57,738 bases of DNA from Kiritimatiellia bacterium (GCA_040767085.1 JAXGPF010000017.1:1-57738), one strand, 5' to 3'. Shown: positions 41,420 through 51,122, counted from the stretch's first letter. The notes: generated by a model not told the origin, from the letters alone. Numbers and translations: made by a program.

Positions 41420-41526
41420 GTGGCGCCACTACATCCGGATCGGATTTGTAGCGGTCCGGCTTTGCCGGACATCGTTCCAGCGTAGGCAGGCGTGCCACGC
41501 CGAAGCCGGACGTAGGCGGGCCCTAC
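41420..41526. repeat. REP-like mosaic between convergent genes
   Basis: tgtagcggtccggctttgccggac and gccacgcc-gaa-gccggac-gta-ggcgggc; homologous to 35105-35168, 47094-47410 and 50879-50915. Confidence 0.7.
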
Positions 41527-41544
41527 GTCGGAGCGGCGGGCAGG

Positions 41545-42093
41545 TTACCGGTACAACGAACGGCCGGCGGAATCAATTGCAACCAATGCGGGGAAATCGC
41601 GGACTTCCAACCGGCGCAACGCCTCCGGGCCCAAGTCTTCAAAATCCACAATCTCCGCCTTAACCACGCATCGCCCAAGCAAAGCGCCCGCGCCGCCGGT
41701 CGCGGCAAAATAAACCGCGCCATGTTCCTGCATGGCGTCCACCACGGCGGCGGCGCGCGGGCCCTTGCCGATCATGCCGCGCACTCCCGCGGCCAGCAAA
41801 CGCGGCGCATAAGCATCCATCCGCGAACTGGTTGTAGGACCGGCCGAGCCCAGCACCTGGCCCGGGGCGCCGGGCGTCGGCCCGACATAATAAATTACCG
41901 CGCCGGCGGCGGGAAAAGGCAATGGCCGGCCGGCCTCCAACATCTGCATTAAACGCTTGTGAGCGGCATCGCGCGCGGCGTATATCACCCCGTTAATACG
42001 GACATGCGTACCGGCGGTCAGCCGGCCGGCCACGGCGGCCTCCAACGGCGGCGTCAGATTCACCGGCAGTGTTTTGACGGCCTCGATCGTCAT
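41545..42093 (-). CDS. Fe-S hydro-lyase (class I fumarate hydratase/tartrate dehydratase) beta subunit
   Basis: ARDAAHKRL, YYVGP, GPTTSSRMD, MIGKG, GGAGAL. Confidence 0.92.
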   Translation of the reverse strand: MTIEAVKTLPVNLTPPLEAAVAGRLTAGTHVRINGVIYAARDAAHKRLMQMLEAGRPLPFPAAGAVIYYVGPTPGAPGQVLGSAGPTTSSRMDAYAPRLLAAGVRGMIGKGPRAAAVVDAMQEHGAVYFAATGGAGALLGRCVVKAEIVDFEDLGPEALRRLEVRDFPALVAIDSAGRSLYR

Positions 42094-42845
42094 TTAAAGC
42101 TCCTCATCTTACGGATTTCTTCAAGCAACAAATCGGCAACCAGGCGCTGTCCCTCCGCATTGGGGTGCATGCCATCCAGCAGCAGGTCACCCCGGGCATG
42201 GCCGGGTGTTTCCAGGTGCCGGTCATACGCCGCCAAAACATCAACCAGCGGCGCAGCGGCGCCGGCGGCGACGCGCCGGACAATTTCGGCGTAGTCCCGC
42301 AAAGTGACATTGAATCCGTCCGGATCGTCCGGCCGGTAAGGCGGTTTACCGTAAACCTTGCGCAAGCGGTCGGTCCAACACAAGGCGTTGGGCGTCATCA
42401 AAATCACCCGCGCTGACCGGGCTTGCAAGGCGGTGACGAAATAACGGAGATTGGCTTCGTAATCCTGCCGGCTGACCCGCGGCTGCGATGCGCCGCGGCT
42501 GACATCAACCGCCGAATCGTTGATGCCGAATTGGATCAGCACCAGGTCCGGCTGATGCTTCAGGACATCGGTTTCAAAGCGCCGGCGGGCCATGGCGGTA
42601 TGGTTGCCCCCCACCCCGGCGTTAAGCACCTGCGCACCGGGCAACGCCTCCTGCAGGATATCGGCATAAACCTTCAAGTTGCCGCGCGGGGCGGTCGTCG
42701 AATCGCCAAAAGCGACGATCTTCAGAGGCCAGGCTTCCGCCGCTTGCGCCGCTGCCGATTGGCACATAAAAACCCCCGGGGTGATTAACAGAACCGCCGC
42801 CGCGACCGCGGCGTTTTCAACGCGCATTCCACCGCAGGCTCTCAT
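42090..42845 (-). CDS. SGNH/GDSL hydrolase, probably exported
   Basis: FGDSTT, NAGVGG, FGIND, DGMHPN; signal-peptide-like N-terminus. Confidence 0.88.
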   Translation of the reverse strand: MRACGGMRVENAAVAAAVLLITPGVFMCQSAAAQAAEAWPLKIVAFGDSTTAPRGNLKVYADILQEALPGAQVLNAGVGGNHTAMARRRFETDVLKHQPDLVLIQFGINDSAVDVSRGASQPRVSRQDYEANLRYFVTALQARSARVILMTPNALCWTDRLRKVYGKPPYRPDDPDGFNVTLRDYAEIVRRVAAGAAAPLVDVLAAYDRHLETPGHARGDLLLDGMHPNAEGQRLVADLLLEEIRKMRSFK

Positions 42846-43636
42846 CGCTCCACCTCATGCAATACGGCAGACCGGTCCACGCTCAAATCCACCTGGCCGA
42901 ACCCGGCATCGTCCGCCGGCAGAATCATCGTAAACCGGTGCGAGGCGTCCGCCTCAATCGCGCCGGCCGTCATGACGCATTCCAATACATGCCCGCCGAA
43001 GGCGCAGTCATCCGAGAGAAAATGCAAATGGTATCCCGGAACGTTAATCCCGCCCACGTAGGCCGGCAGCCGGAACCCAACCAGAGTTCCGGAAACATTC
43101 GTGGCATTAAAGACCGGTTGATGGCGCGTAACCTCCGCCAGAGTAGGATAAGGTTTATCCTGGGCTGGCACGCTGCGGGTCTTCATCGAAGCAAACATCC
43201 CGCGCGCCCTGATGGCGTACATCAAATTGGAATTTAAACCGGCGGCATTTACGCATTCCTGCAGGCCGGCGAGGTCCAACGAACGGTTGACGGGGATGGT
43301 TCGGTCGGGTGTAAAACGGATGACGGCGGCAAAGGGCGTTGTAGTGTGGCGCGGCGGTTCCCGGACCGAGCCATCGGCGCGCACCTGCCATACCCGGCCG
43401 TCCAAAACGACCATCTCCCCGTCCAGGCGATCGAACGTGCCGATGCCCAAATCGCCATGATCCAGCAGTGCATCCAACGTCATGCTGCCGTCAAACGCGC
43501 CGGCGAGGAGCGCGTCAATGGTCGCCACCTGGGTGACCGTGTCGCGCCCGCCGGTGGCGCAGCCGGCGGTACAGCCTAAAGCAATGGCAATGACGGCGCA
43601 AAACAAACTCTGAATGACTGATTTTTCAATTTTCAT
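42842..43636 (-). CDS. budA: Alpha-acetolactate decarboxylase family protein with predicted lipoprotein signal
   Basis: GDLGIGTF..LDGEM, TPFA, RSVP, GYHLHFL, GGHVL; N-terminal hydrophobic stretch ending TAGC. Confidence 0.85.
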   Translation of the reverse strand: MKIEKSVIQSLFCAVIAIALGCTAGCATGGRDTVTQVATIDALLAGAFDGSMTLDALLDHGDLGIGTFDRLDGEMVVLDGRVWQVRADGSVREPPRHTTTPFAAVIRFTPDRTIPVNRSLDLAGLQECVNAAGLNSNLMYAIRARGMFASMKTRSVPAQDKPYPTLAEVTRHQPVFNATNVSGTLVGFRLPAYVGGINVPGYHLHFLSDDCAFGGHVLECVMTAGAIEADASHRFTMILPADDAGFGQVDLSVDRSAVLHEVER

Positions 43637-43836
43637 ATGCATAAGTTCTTTCAAAAGTGTTCAATCTTCTGTATTTGTTGACTTTGCTCCTTTGATCCTC
43701 TGCCCCTTTGTGCCCCTTCCCTACAAAAGTCAACAGCGGGGAGAAATTCACCACAAAAGAACACTAAAGAACGCAAAAGGTCCAGGTACTGCCCCTTTGT
43801 GCCTTTGATCCTTTGCCCCTTTGCCCCTTTCCTCAT

Positions 43837-44340
43837 TTATCGCAACCCGCGGATAGAGTCCGCATGTTGCGGAAATTGCCGGCATAACGCGGCGGTATCC
43901 GCAAATTCAAAATCCTGGAAATCGAATCCCGGCGCTACCGTGCAGCCTGCCAGCGAAAACCCGGCATCCGCTGCCGGCCGCGCCCCAAACCAATGGCCGG
44001 CGGGGATGGTAGCCTGGCATAACTGGTCCGGCGCATCCAGCCGCGGCGTCCCCAGCACATGGCGGACAAACACGCCGGCCGGCGTCAACTCGCAGAGTTC
44101 CAGTGGAATTCCGGCGTAAAAATGCCAGGTCTCATCGGAACGCAGGCGATGCCAACGGGATACCTGCCCGCCCGGCAGCAGAAACAAGATGGCGGTGGCA
44201 AAAACACGCGCGCCCGCATACCGTTCCGGCAGCGCGCCGGCGGGAATGGATTCCGCGGAGCGGTAGGTTTCGCGGAAATACCCGCCTTCCGGGTGCGGGA
44301 TCAGGTTCAGCCGTTCCACCCATCGTTGATAGTCGGGCAT
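43837..44340 (-). CDS. Cupin_5 (DUF985) domain protein
   Basis: PHPEGGYFRETY, TAILFLL, HRLRSDETWHFY, CTVAPGFDFQDF. Confidence 0.9.
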   Translation of the reverse strand: MPDYQRWVERLNLIPHPEGGYFRETYRSAESIPAGALPERYAGARVFATAILFLLPGGQVSRWHRLRSDETWHFYAGIPLELCELTPAGVFVRHVLGTPRLDAPDQLCQATIPAGHWFGARPAADAGFSLAGCTVAPGFDFQDFEFADTAALCRQFPQHADSIRGLR

Positions 44341-44702
44341 TGTTCTGGAATTTTCTTTATGAGCCAATTTCAAAAGTCTCCCGGCGGGTTTGTTCCGCCG
44401 GAGACCAAGGTTATGCAAAAGAATATTTACCACGGATGACACTTTCGGTTCGGGCGTAAACCCTTAAAACCCTAAAACTTTCAAAACGTAAGTTTTACAA
44501 ACTTTCGCTCCTGCCACGCAAGGTGGCAGGGGACGATTTTTACCACGGATGACACTGAGAACACGGATGTGCAGGGGACGACTTTTGGAAATAAATCTAT
44601 ACTTCAGATAAAAAGATTGCTAGATTCAAAACAATTTAGCTGATGGAAAGTATGCCCATCTTTTAAGCATCTGGCAATATTTAATTTTCGGGGGCCACTG
44701 GC

Positions 44703-45545
44703 ATGCGTGAAGTGAACGTTCAAAAAATCGCGGAGCAACTGCGCGGATGCATCCGCCGCGCCAGTTTCGAATTGGGGCCGCGCGAAAGCGCTGCGCTGCG
44801 TAATGCCCAGGCGCAGGAGACCAGCGCCATCGGCCATGCCATCCTGGAAGATCTGGCGGCCAACCAGAACATCGCCGCCGCGGAACGCCGGCCGCTCTGC
44901 CAGGATACCGGCGTAGCCGTGGTCTTCCTGGAAATCGGCCGGCAGGTGCATCTGACCGGCGGCGACTTGAACGAGGCGCTGCAGCAGGCAGTCGGCGCGG
45001 CCTACACGGAAAATTATCTCCGGCCCAGCATGGTGCGCCACCCGCTGGAACGCGTCAACACCGGCAATAACACTCCGGCCATCGTGCACCTGCGCCTGAC
45101 CGAAGGCGACCGGGTGCGGCTGTGTTTTGCGGCCAAGGGCGGCGGCTGTGAAAATATGTCCCGCCTGGCGATGCTGACGCCATCCGCCGGACGGGCCGGC
45201 GTGGTTGATTTTGTGGTGCAGACCGTTGAGTCCGCCGGCGGCAATCCCTGTCCGCCGGTGGTGGTGGGCGTCGGGCTGGGCGGCAATTTCGAGCTCGCGG
45301 CGCTGCTGGCTAAGGAAGCACTACTGCGGCCGCTGGGCGAACCGGCAGCGAATCCGGCCGATGCCGAACTGGAAAGAGAGTTGCTGGAAAAACTGAACGC
45401 CACGGGTGTCGGCCCCATGGGTCTGGGCGGCGCGGTGACAGCTCTGGCCGTCCATGTGTCCGCGCATCCCTGCCACATTGCCTCCCTGCCGGTGGCCGTC
45501 AATCTGGACTGCCACAGCCACCGGCACGCCGAGTGCGAAATCTGA
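44703..45545 (+). CDS. Fe-S hydro-lyase (class I fumarate hydratase/tartrate dehydratase) alpha subunit
   Basis: PLCQDTG, KGGGCEN, GNPCPP, GPMGLGG, HIASLPVAVNLDCH. Confidence 0.92.
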   Translation: MREVNVQKIAEQLRGCIRRASFELGPRESAALRNAQAQETSAIGHAILEDLAANQNIAAAERRPLCQDTGVAVVFLEIGRQVHLTGGDLNEALQQAVGAAYTENYLRPSMVRHPLERVNTGNNTPAIVHLRLTEGDRVRLCFAAKGGGCENMSRLAMLTPSAGRAGVVDFVVQTVESAGGNPCPPVVVGVGLGGNFELAALLAKEALLRPLGEPAANPADAELERELLEKLNATGVGPMGLGGAVTALAVHVSAHPCHIASLPVAVNLDCHSHRHAECEI

Positions 45546-45628
45546 GCGGCGGATTGCGGCAAGTCTTGGCGCTGTTCAAGGCCGGCAAGCAAAATTCACC
45601 GCAAAGATCGCAAAGAAGGAAATTTGGA

Positions 45629-45880
45629 TTTGGTTCGAACGTAAAACCATAAAACCCTAAAACTTTCAAAACGTTAGTTTTGAGCATGGGGAAGAAATTT
45701 ATTGTTGAATGTTAAGTGTTTGGTTCGGACGTAAAACCATAAAACCCTAAAACCCTAAAACTTTCAAAACGTTAGTTTTGAGCATGGGGAAGAATATTTA
45801 TTGTTGAATGTTAAGTGTTTGGTTCGGACATAAAACCATAAAACCCTAAAACCCTAAAACTTTCAAAACGTTAGTTTTGA
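45629..45880 (+). repeat. Tandem triplication (90 and 99 bp periods) of an element containing (TAAAACCN)3-4
   Basis: Copies start at 45629, 45719 and 45818; the last ends 10 nt before the alr ATG. Confidence 0.9.
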
Positions 45881-45890
45881 AAATTACTAC

Positions 45891-47048
45891 ATGTCCATAA
45901 CAATTAAAAATCTTCGTCCGGCATGGGTTGAAATCAACCTGGATAATCTGCATGCGAACTTTGATGCTGTCCGCCGTCAGGCGCCGCGCGCGAAAATACT
46001 GGCCGCCGTCAAAGCCAATGCCTACGGGCTGGGGCTGTTGGAAGTCAGCCGTGAATTTGCGCCCAAGGCGGATTATCTGGGCGCAGCCTTTTTGCAGGAA
46101 GCGCTGGCCTTGCGGCAGGCGGGTTTGCACAATCCAATCCTTATTTTTGGTCCTGGCCAGCCTGCCGATGCCCCGGCAATTGTTCGGTGGGATTTGGATC
46201 AGACATTGACTTCCTGGGAAATGGCCGAAAGCCTGGCGACGGCCGGGCAGGCGGCGGGCCGGCCGGTGCGGGTCCATGTTAAAATTGACACCGGCATGGG
46301 GCGACTGGGCCTGACGCCGGCAGAAGCACCCGATTTTATTCATAAAATCAGCAAATTACGTGGTCTGAGTCTGACTGGTGTTTTTTCCCATTTTCCGGCC
46401 AATCTCAATAACTTTCCAGAATTCACCCGTAATCAGTTAAGCGTGTTCACCAGTTTGCTGGATGATCTACACCGCCGCGGATTCCGCATTCCCTTGCGGC
46501 ACATCGCCAGCAGCGCCGCAATTTTCCAACTCCCGGAATCCCATCTGGACATGGTACGGCCGGGCGGCTGCCTTTACGGGATGGGAGTCAGCAGCGACTG
46601 CGCGCCGGTCATGTCGCTCAAAGCGCGCATTTCGCATATCCGCGCAATGCCGCCCGGCGCCTATATCAGCTATCGCCTTACCTACCGCACCCAGGACAGC
46701 ACCCGGATCGCTGTTCTACCCCTGGGATACGCTGACGGCCTGCCGCGCGCATTGTCCAACCGGGGACATGTATTGATCGGCGGCCGGCGCTATCCGATTG
46801 TCGGCGTAGTCTGCATGGATCAGACGATGGTTGACATCGGACAGGCTGAAGTAAACATCGGTGATGAAGCAGTGCTGATTGGCAGCCAATTAGATAAAGA
46901 AATCACCATCAAACAACTGGTGGACTTGATTGATGGAACATCCTCCAACGAAATCTCCTGCCGCATTTCGCAACGTCTTCCCCGGATATATACCCGCGCC
47001 GGCCGGCCGGTTTATGTCAACCACGGATATCTGCCGGCGGCGGATTGA
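45891..47048 (+). CDS. alr: Alanine racemase family PLP enzyme
   Basis: AAVKANAYG, HVKIDTGMGRLG, MVRPG, GYADG, CMDQ. Confidence 0.88.
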   Translation: MSITIKNLRPAWVEINLDNLHANFDAVRRQAPRAKILAAVKANAYGLGLLEVSREFAPKADYLGAAFLQEALALRQAGLHNPILIFGPGQPADAPAIVRWDLDQTLTSWEMAESLATAGQAAGRPVRVHVKIDTGMGRLGLTPAEAPDFIHKISKLRGLSLTGVFSHFPANLNNFPEFTRNQLSVFTSLLDDLHRRGFRIPLRHIASSAAIFQLPESHLDMVRPGGCLYGMGVSSDCAPVMSLKARISHIRAMPPGAYISYRLTYRTQDSTRIAVLPLGYADGLPRALSNRGHVLIGGRRYPIVGVVCMDQTMVDIGQAEVNIGDEAVLIGSQLDKEITIKQLVDLIDGTSSNEISCRISQRLPRIYTRAGRPVYVNHGYLPAAD

Positions 47049-47093
47049 TGTTTTGCGGGAGTGTGTGAGTGTTGCGGGAGACGGATTGGAGAA

Positions 47094-47410
47094 TGTAGTA
47101 GTCCGGCTTTGCCGGACGTTCCGTTCTGGATGCGCCCCGTCCTACCTCCGGATTCCGGATGCCCCACGCCCCTGCTTCGTCAGACTACGCAGGGCAAGCA
47201 GTGGCTGCGCCCGGCGTAGCTGCAGCGAAGCCGGGCGCCACTACATCCGGATTTCTTCTTATGTAGTAGCCGAACGGCGTTCGGCATCTGGATTGTAGCG
47301 GCCGAACTGCGTTCGGCATAGCTTCAGCGTAGGCGGGCCGTGCCCGGCGTAGCTGCAGCGAAGCCGGGCGCCACTACATCCGGATTTGCAATAGCCGAAC
47401 GGTGTTCGGC
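47094..47410. repeat. BIME-like cluster of GTAG-type palindromes and GTA/GAA hairpins between convergent genes
   Basis: tgtag(t/c)(a/g)g + palindrome three times; gcccggcgtagctgcagcgaagccgggcgccactacatccggattt at 47209 and 47342. Confidence 0.8.
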
Positions 47411-47524
47411 TTCTGCCTGCCTCGGAATTCTTTATGGTACCAGAGCTTGGTCGCCATATTTGGGAATGCCGGGACAGGGGCGTCCCGGCTCCATGCCAGA
47501 AATGGGACGGGGCCTTGAGGCTGC

Positions 47525-50092
47525 TTACGGCCGGCAGGCAACGGATTCCGTGACAGGCGTATATTGCCAGTTGCCGAAATAGCCGGACATCAGCGCATAA
47601 TTCTGCGATGAGAGATAAACGCGCCAGAAACCGGTGGACAACTGGTAGAGCGCCGGATCGGCCTTGCCGTCGCCGTCGTAATCCGCCATAATCGGCAGGC
47701 AGCGCGATGTGCCCAGTACTGCGCTGACAATGACATAGCCCTGCCCCGACATGGCCACCTGCCAGAGCCCCGTGTAACGCCCATAAATGGCAGGATCCGC
47801 CATCCCATCCCCATCATAATCCATCGGCACAGGCGCATTATCGGGCCCGCCGAAAAACATGTTGATCTTCTGATAGCCGGAACCGCTCATGGCGACAATC
47901 CATTCACCAGTCGTTTCAGAATAAACGGCCGGATCCGCTTTGCCGTCAGCATCATAATCCTCGGGCACGGGCCGGAATCCCGGTCCGCCCAGCGTGAATG
48001 GCATGGTGTAGACAGCGTAATTCTGCGAGGATTTCAGGCCTTTCCAAACACGGGTCTGGGGATTGTAAAGCCACGGATCGGTTTTCAAGTCGCCATCGTA
48101 ATCCGCCTGCACCGGCAAATCGGCCGGCGAGCCGTACTGCGCCGTCAGCAACTGCGGCGGCGTCGTATTCAGATAAACTTTCCACGAGCCGGTGGCCGGA
48201 TTATACATACCGCCATCCGTCCGGAAATCGGCGTCATAATCGCCCGGTACGTTCAACCAACCCTTCAACCCGGAATTCCAAATCGTATATTCCGGCGTGT
48301 AGGACATGCTGGAGAATACCGCCTTCCAGACGGCGGACGTGTGGATAATCACGCCATCCGACTTGCCGTCCCCATCGAAATCGTTAATAACCCGGCGGGT
48401 CGGCTTCATCCGCACGGTCAATACGGCCACACGGCTGGTCGCCGCGCCGTAGGAATTGGATACACGGCAGCGATACTGCCCGGCATGACTTAGCGCCGCG
48501 GCGGCGATATTATAATTGCTGGAAGTAGCACCGGCAATGTTGGCGCCGTTTTTCTGCCACTGGTAAGTCAACGTTGGCGTTCCGGTGGCGCGCACGATGA
48601 AACCGACTGCCGAACCGACGTCAACCGTCACGGACTGGGGATGCACGGTAATCACCGGAGGCGTCCCGGTGATCCGGACCGCGCCGCTGGCGCCGGTCAA
48701 AGTGTAATTAGCTGCCTGCGCCCCGCCCAGCGCCAGCGTCCCGAAACTGGTAATTGCGCGCAGACCAACATTTGGACTGGCCAGCGTGCCGCTGCCGCTC
48801 ACGAAGTCAACCGCATCCGACCCCACCCTGTTGGTCACATCCAGGATCGTGTAAAGCGCTGTAGCCGTACCGTTATAGGCACGGGTACCGCCGGCCTTGA
48901 CCGGCAAACGGCTGACCGTCAAAGTGCCCGTACTGCCGCCCGAGTAGTTGCCGTCCGTAATCAACGCGATCACCTCGTAACTGCCGGCATTCGTTGGCGC
49001 CCAGGCATTCCCGGCATAGGTCAAACTGTACGATAATCCCGCCGGGACCGTCGTCACTCCCACCACCCGCGCAGCGCCATTGTAAACCTGCGCCAGGTTG
49101 GAAAGATTTACCGTGGCCTGCGCCTGCGTAATTTCCACCACGCCGGTAGCACCGGTCAGCGTATAATTAAGTGACTGCGCCCCACCCAAAGCCAGCGTGT
49201 CAAAACTGGTAATTGCGCGCAGCCCCACGTTGGAACTGGCCAATGTGCCGCTGCCGCTCACGAAGTCCACATCGTCCGATCCAACCTTGTTGGTTACATC
49301 CAGAATGGAAAACTGCGCGGTGGTTGTGCCGTCATATTCGCGCGTGCCGCCGACCGCAACCGGCAAAGGGGAAATGGTAAAATCATCCGGCGTGAATACA
49401 ATCACGTAATTGGAGTTAATGCCAAGCGTCCCTTGCTGAATTTCATAAGTGCCGGCATTTTCACCGGCGACCCTTGCCAAGGCTCCAGTGAAAGAATCGC
49501 CGGACATAGGGGTGCCGGCCGTAACGGTATAAGTCAGCGGCGGATCAACCGCCCCGTAAACCTTGCCGGTCGCAACAGCGGATACCTGGATGTTCATCTT
49601 TAATTCCAATGGGGCAGGATTCATGGGGATTTCCGTGGCATCATCATCCCCTTGAAAGCGATATCCCAGGATGGAAGCAATATGGTGCAAGCCAGTTTGG
49701 TTGGCAGGAACAATCACCTCGTAAGAAAACACCAATGGATTATTCGTCGGCAAAGTCTCTACGAATGTTATTTCATTGAAATTGGTTTGAACTTCGCGGA
49801 CACCCGGGCCCCAGGTGTTTTGTGAGAGAGTCCACCCAGGCGGCAGCATATTGGTTAAATACAACGCGTTTAGAACATACGTGTCCGGATAGGTAACCAC
49901 ATTGGTGACTATCAAGGTTGTTGTTCCAGGGTCCCCGGTGATATAACCGACGGCGGAATGCAGCGCCGTTACCGGACTCTGGGCGGCAACATTATAGGCC
50001 AGGCACCCTAACAAAGGTACCGCCGCCAGAATAATTTTCAGGCGCCGCAATCCATGCCAGTCATGGCATTTTGAATTTAAGCCGGTCATCAT
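47525..50092 (-). CDS. Exported modular surface protein (MBG-like, two YDG-like repeats, Ig domain, C-terminal FG-GAP/VCBS repeats)
   Basis: Signal peptide; KVYGAVDPPLTY; two LDVTN.VGSD.VDFVSGSG repeats; YQWQKNG..YRCRVSN; repeated DYDGDG.ADPA. Confidence 0.85.
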   Translation of the reverse strand: MMTGLNSKCHDWHGLRRLKIILAAVPLLGCLAYNVAAQSPVTALHSAVGYITGDPGTTTLIVTNVVTYPDTYVLNALYLTNMLPPGWTLSQNTWGPGVREVQTNFNEITFVETLPTNNPLVFSYEVIVPANQTGLHHIASILGYRFQGDDDATEIPMNPAPLELKMNIQVSAVATGKVYGAVDPPLTYTVTAGTPMSGDSFTGALARVAGENAGTYEIQQGTLGINSNYVIVFTPDDFTISPLPVAVGGTREYDGTTTAQFSILDVTNKVGSDDVDFVSGSGTLASSNVGLRAITSFDTLALGGAQSLNYTLTGATGVVEITQAQATVNLSNLAQVYNGAARVVGVTTVPAGLSYSLTYAGNAWAPTNAGSYEVIALITDGNYSGGSTGTLTVSRLPVKAGGTRAYNGTATALYTILDVTNRVGSDAVDFVSGSGTLASPNVGLRAITSFGTLALGGAQAANYTLTGASGAVRITGTPPVITVHPQSVTVDVGSAVGFIVRATGTPTLTYQWQKNGANIAGATSSNYNIAAAALSHAGQYRCRVSNSYGAATSRVAVLTVRMKPTRRVINDFDGDGKSDGVIIHTSAVWKAVFSSMSYTPEYTIWNSGLKGWLNVPGDYDADFRTDGGMYNPATGSWKVYLNTTPPQLLTAQYGSPADLPVQADYDGDLKTDPWLYNPQTRVWKGLKSSQNYAVYTMPFTLGGPGFRPVPEDYDADGKADPAVYSETTGEWIVAMSGSGYQKINMFFGGPDNAPVPMDYDGDGMADPAIYGRYTGLWQVAMSGQGYVIVSAVLGTSRCLPIMADYDGDGKADPALYQLSTGFWRVYLSSQNYALMSGYFGNWQYTPVTESVACRP

Positions 50093-50360
50093 ATCTCCCC
50101 CGCGCTGATACCCGACAAAATCATCCAAGCATGAGCTTTGTCAGTGATTTTCGTTTTAAAAAAAATGAGGCAATTCATACTTTCTAATATGACTTAAAAA
50201 CTACCATTTATTTCACGCGTAGGCTAGAAAATATTTAATTTTTTTACGGCGGCGTGGCGACCCCGCCGCGGAACCGACGGAAATAAATTAACCGCAAAAG
50301 ATCGCATAGAACTCAAAGAATGATAATCGGGGTTTTGACGATGGGATTCTGATTGCGACA

Positions 50361-50868
50361 TCCTGCTTCGTCGGACTACGCAGGACGCTGTCCTGATTCG
50401 TCGGACTACGCAGGACGCTGTCCTGATTCGTCGGACTACGCAGGACGCTGTCTGATTCGTCGGACTACGCAGGACGCTGTCCTGATTCGTCGGACTACGC
50501 AGGACGCTGTCCTGATTCGTCGGACTACGCAGGACGCTGTCCTGATTCGTCGGACTACGCAGGACGCTGTCCTGATTCGTCGGACTACGCAGGACGCTGT
50601 CCTGATTCGTCGGACTACGCAGGACGCTGTCCTGATTCGTCGGACTACGCAGGACGCTGTCCTGATTCGTCGGACTACGCAGGACGCTGTCCTGATTCGT
50701 CGGACTACGCAGGACGCTGTCCTGATTCGTCGGACTACGCAGGACGCTGTCCTGATTCGTCGGACTACGCAGGACGCTGTCCTGATTCGTCGGACTACGC
50801 AGGACGCTGTCCTGATTCGTCGGACTACGCAGGACGCTGTCCTGATTCGTCGGACTACGCAGGACAAG
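50361..50868 (+). repeat. Tandem array of 17 x 30-bp hairpin units, no spacers
   Basis: Unit tcctgattcgtcggactacgcaggacgctg; unit 4 has a 1-bp deletion; first unit reads tcctgcttcg, last ends ...caggacaag. Confidence 0.97.
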
Positions 50869-50965
50869 CCCCAGCCGTGCCCGCCGAAGCCGGGCGTAGG
50901 CGGGCGCTACTACAGGACAGAAATACTTGTCCGATATAGCTTCAGCGTAGTCGGGCGTTCATCAT

Positions 50966-51122
50966 TTTGGAGTGCGGCGGCTCGACGCCGCTTTCATCCA
51001 TCACGCACTTGCCCGGAAAAGCGGTCCCGCAAAGCGGGATCAACATCCAGCTTGCCACGCCATTGGCGTGGCTGCCGCACTCCAAATCCAAGCAAAGCGG
51101 CGTCGAGCCGCCGCACTCCAAA
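50966..51122. repeat. REPIN-like element with 29-bp perfect inverted repeats
   Basis: tttggagtgcggcggctcgacgccgcttt (50966-50994) / aaagcggcgtcgagccgccgcactccaaa (51094-51122); partial third copy at 51071-51086. Confidence 0.85.

Noticed and set aside
45650-45860. Telomere-like CCCTAAAA repeats suggesting eukaryotic DNA
   Set aside because: Only 1-2 exact units within a dispersed bacterial intergenic element; flanking genes are bacterial.
50361-50868. CRISPR array
   Set aside because: Palindromic 30-nt units are directly adjacent with no unique spacers, and there are no cas genes in the window.
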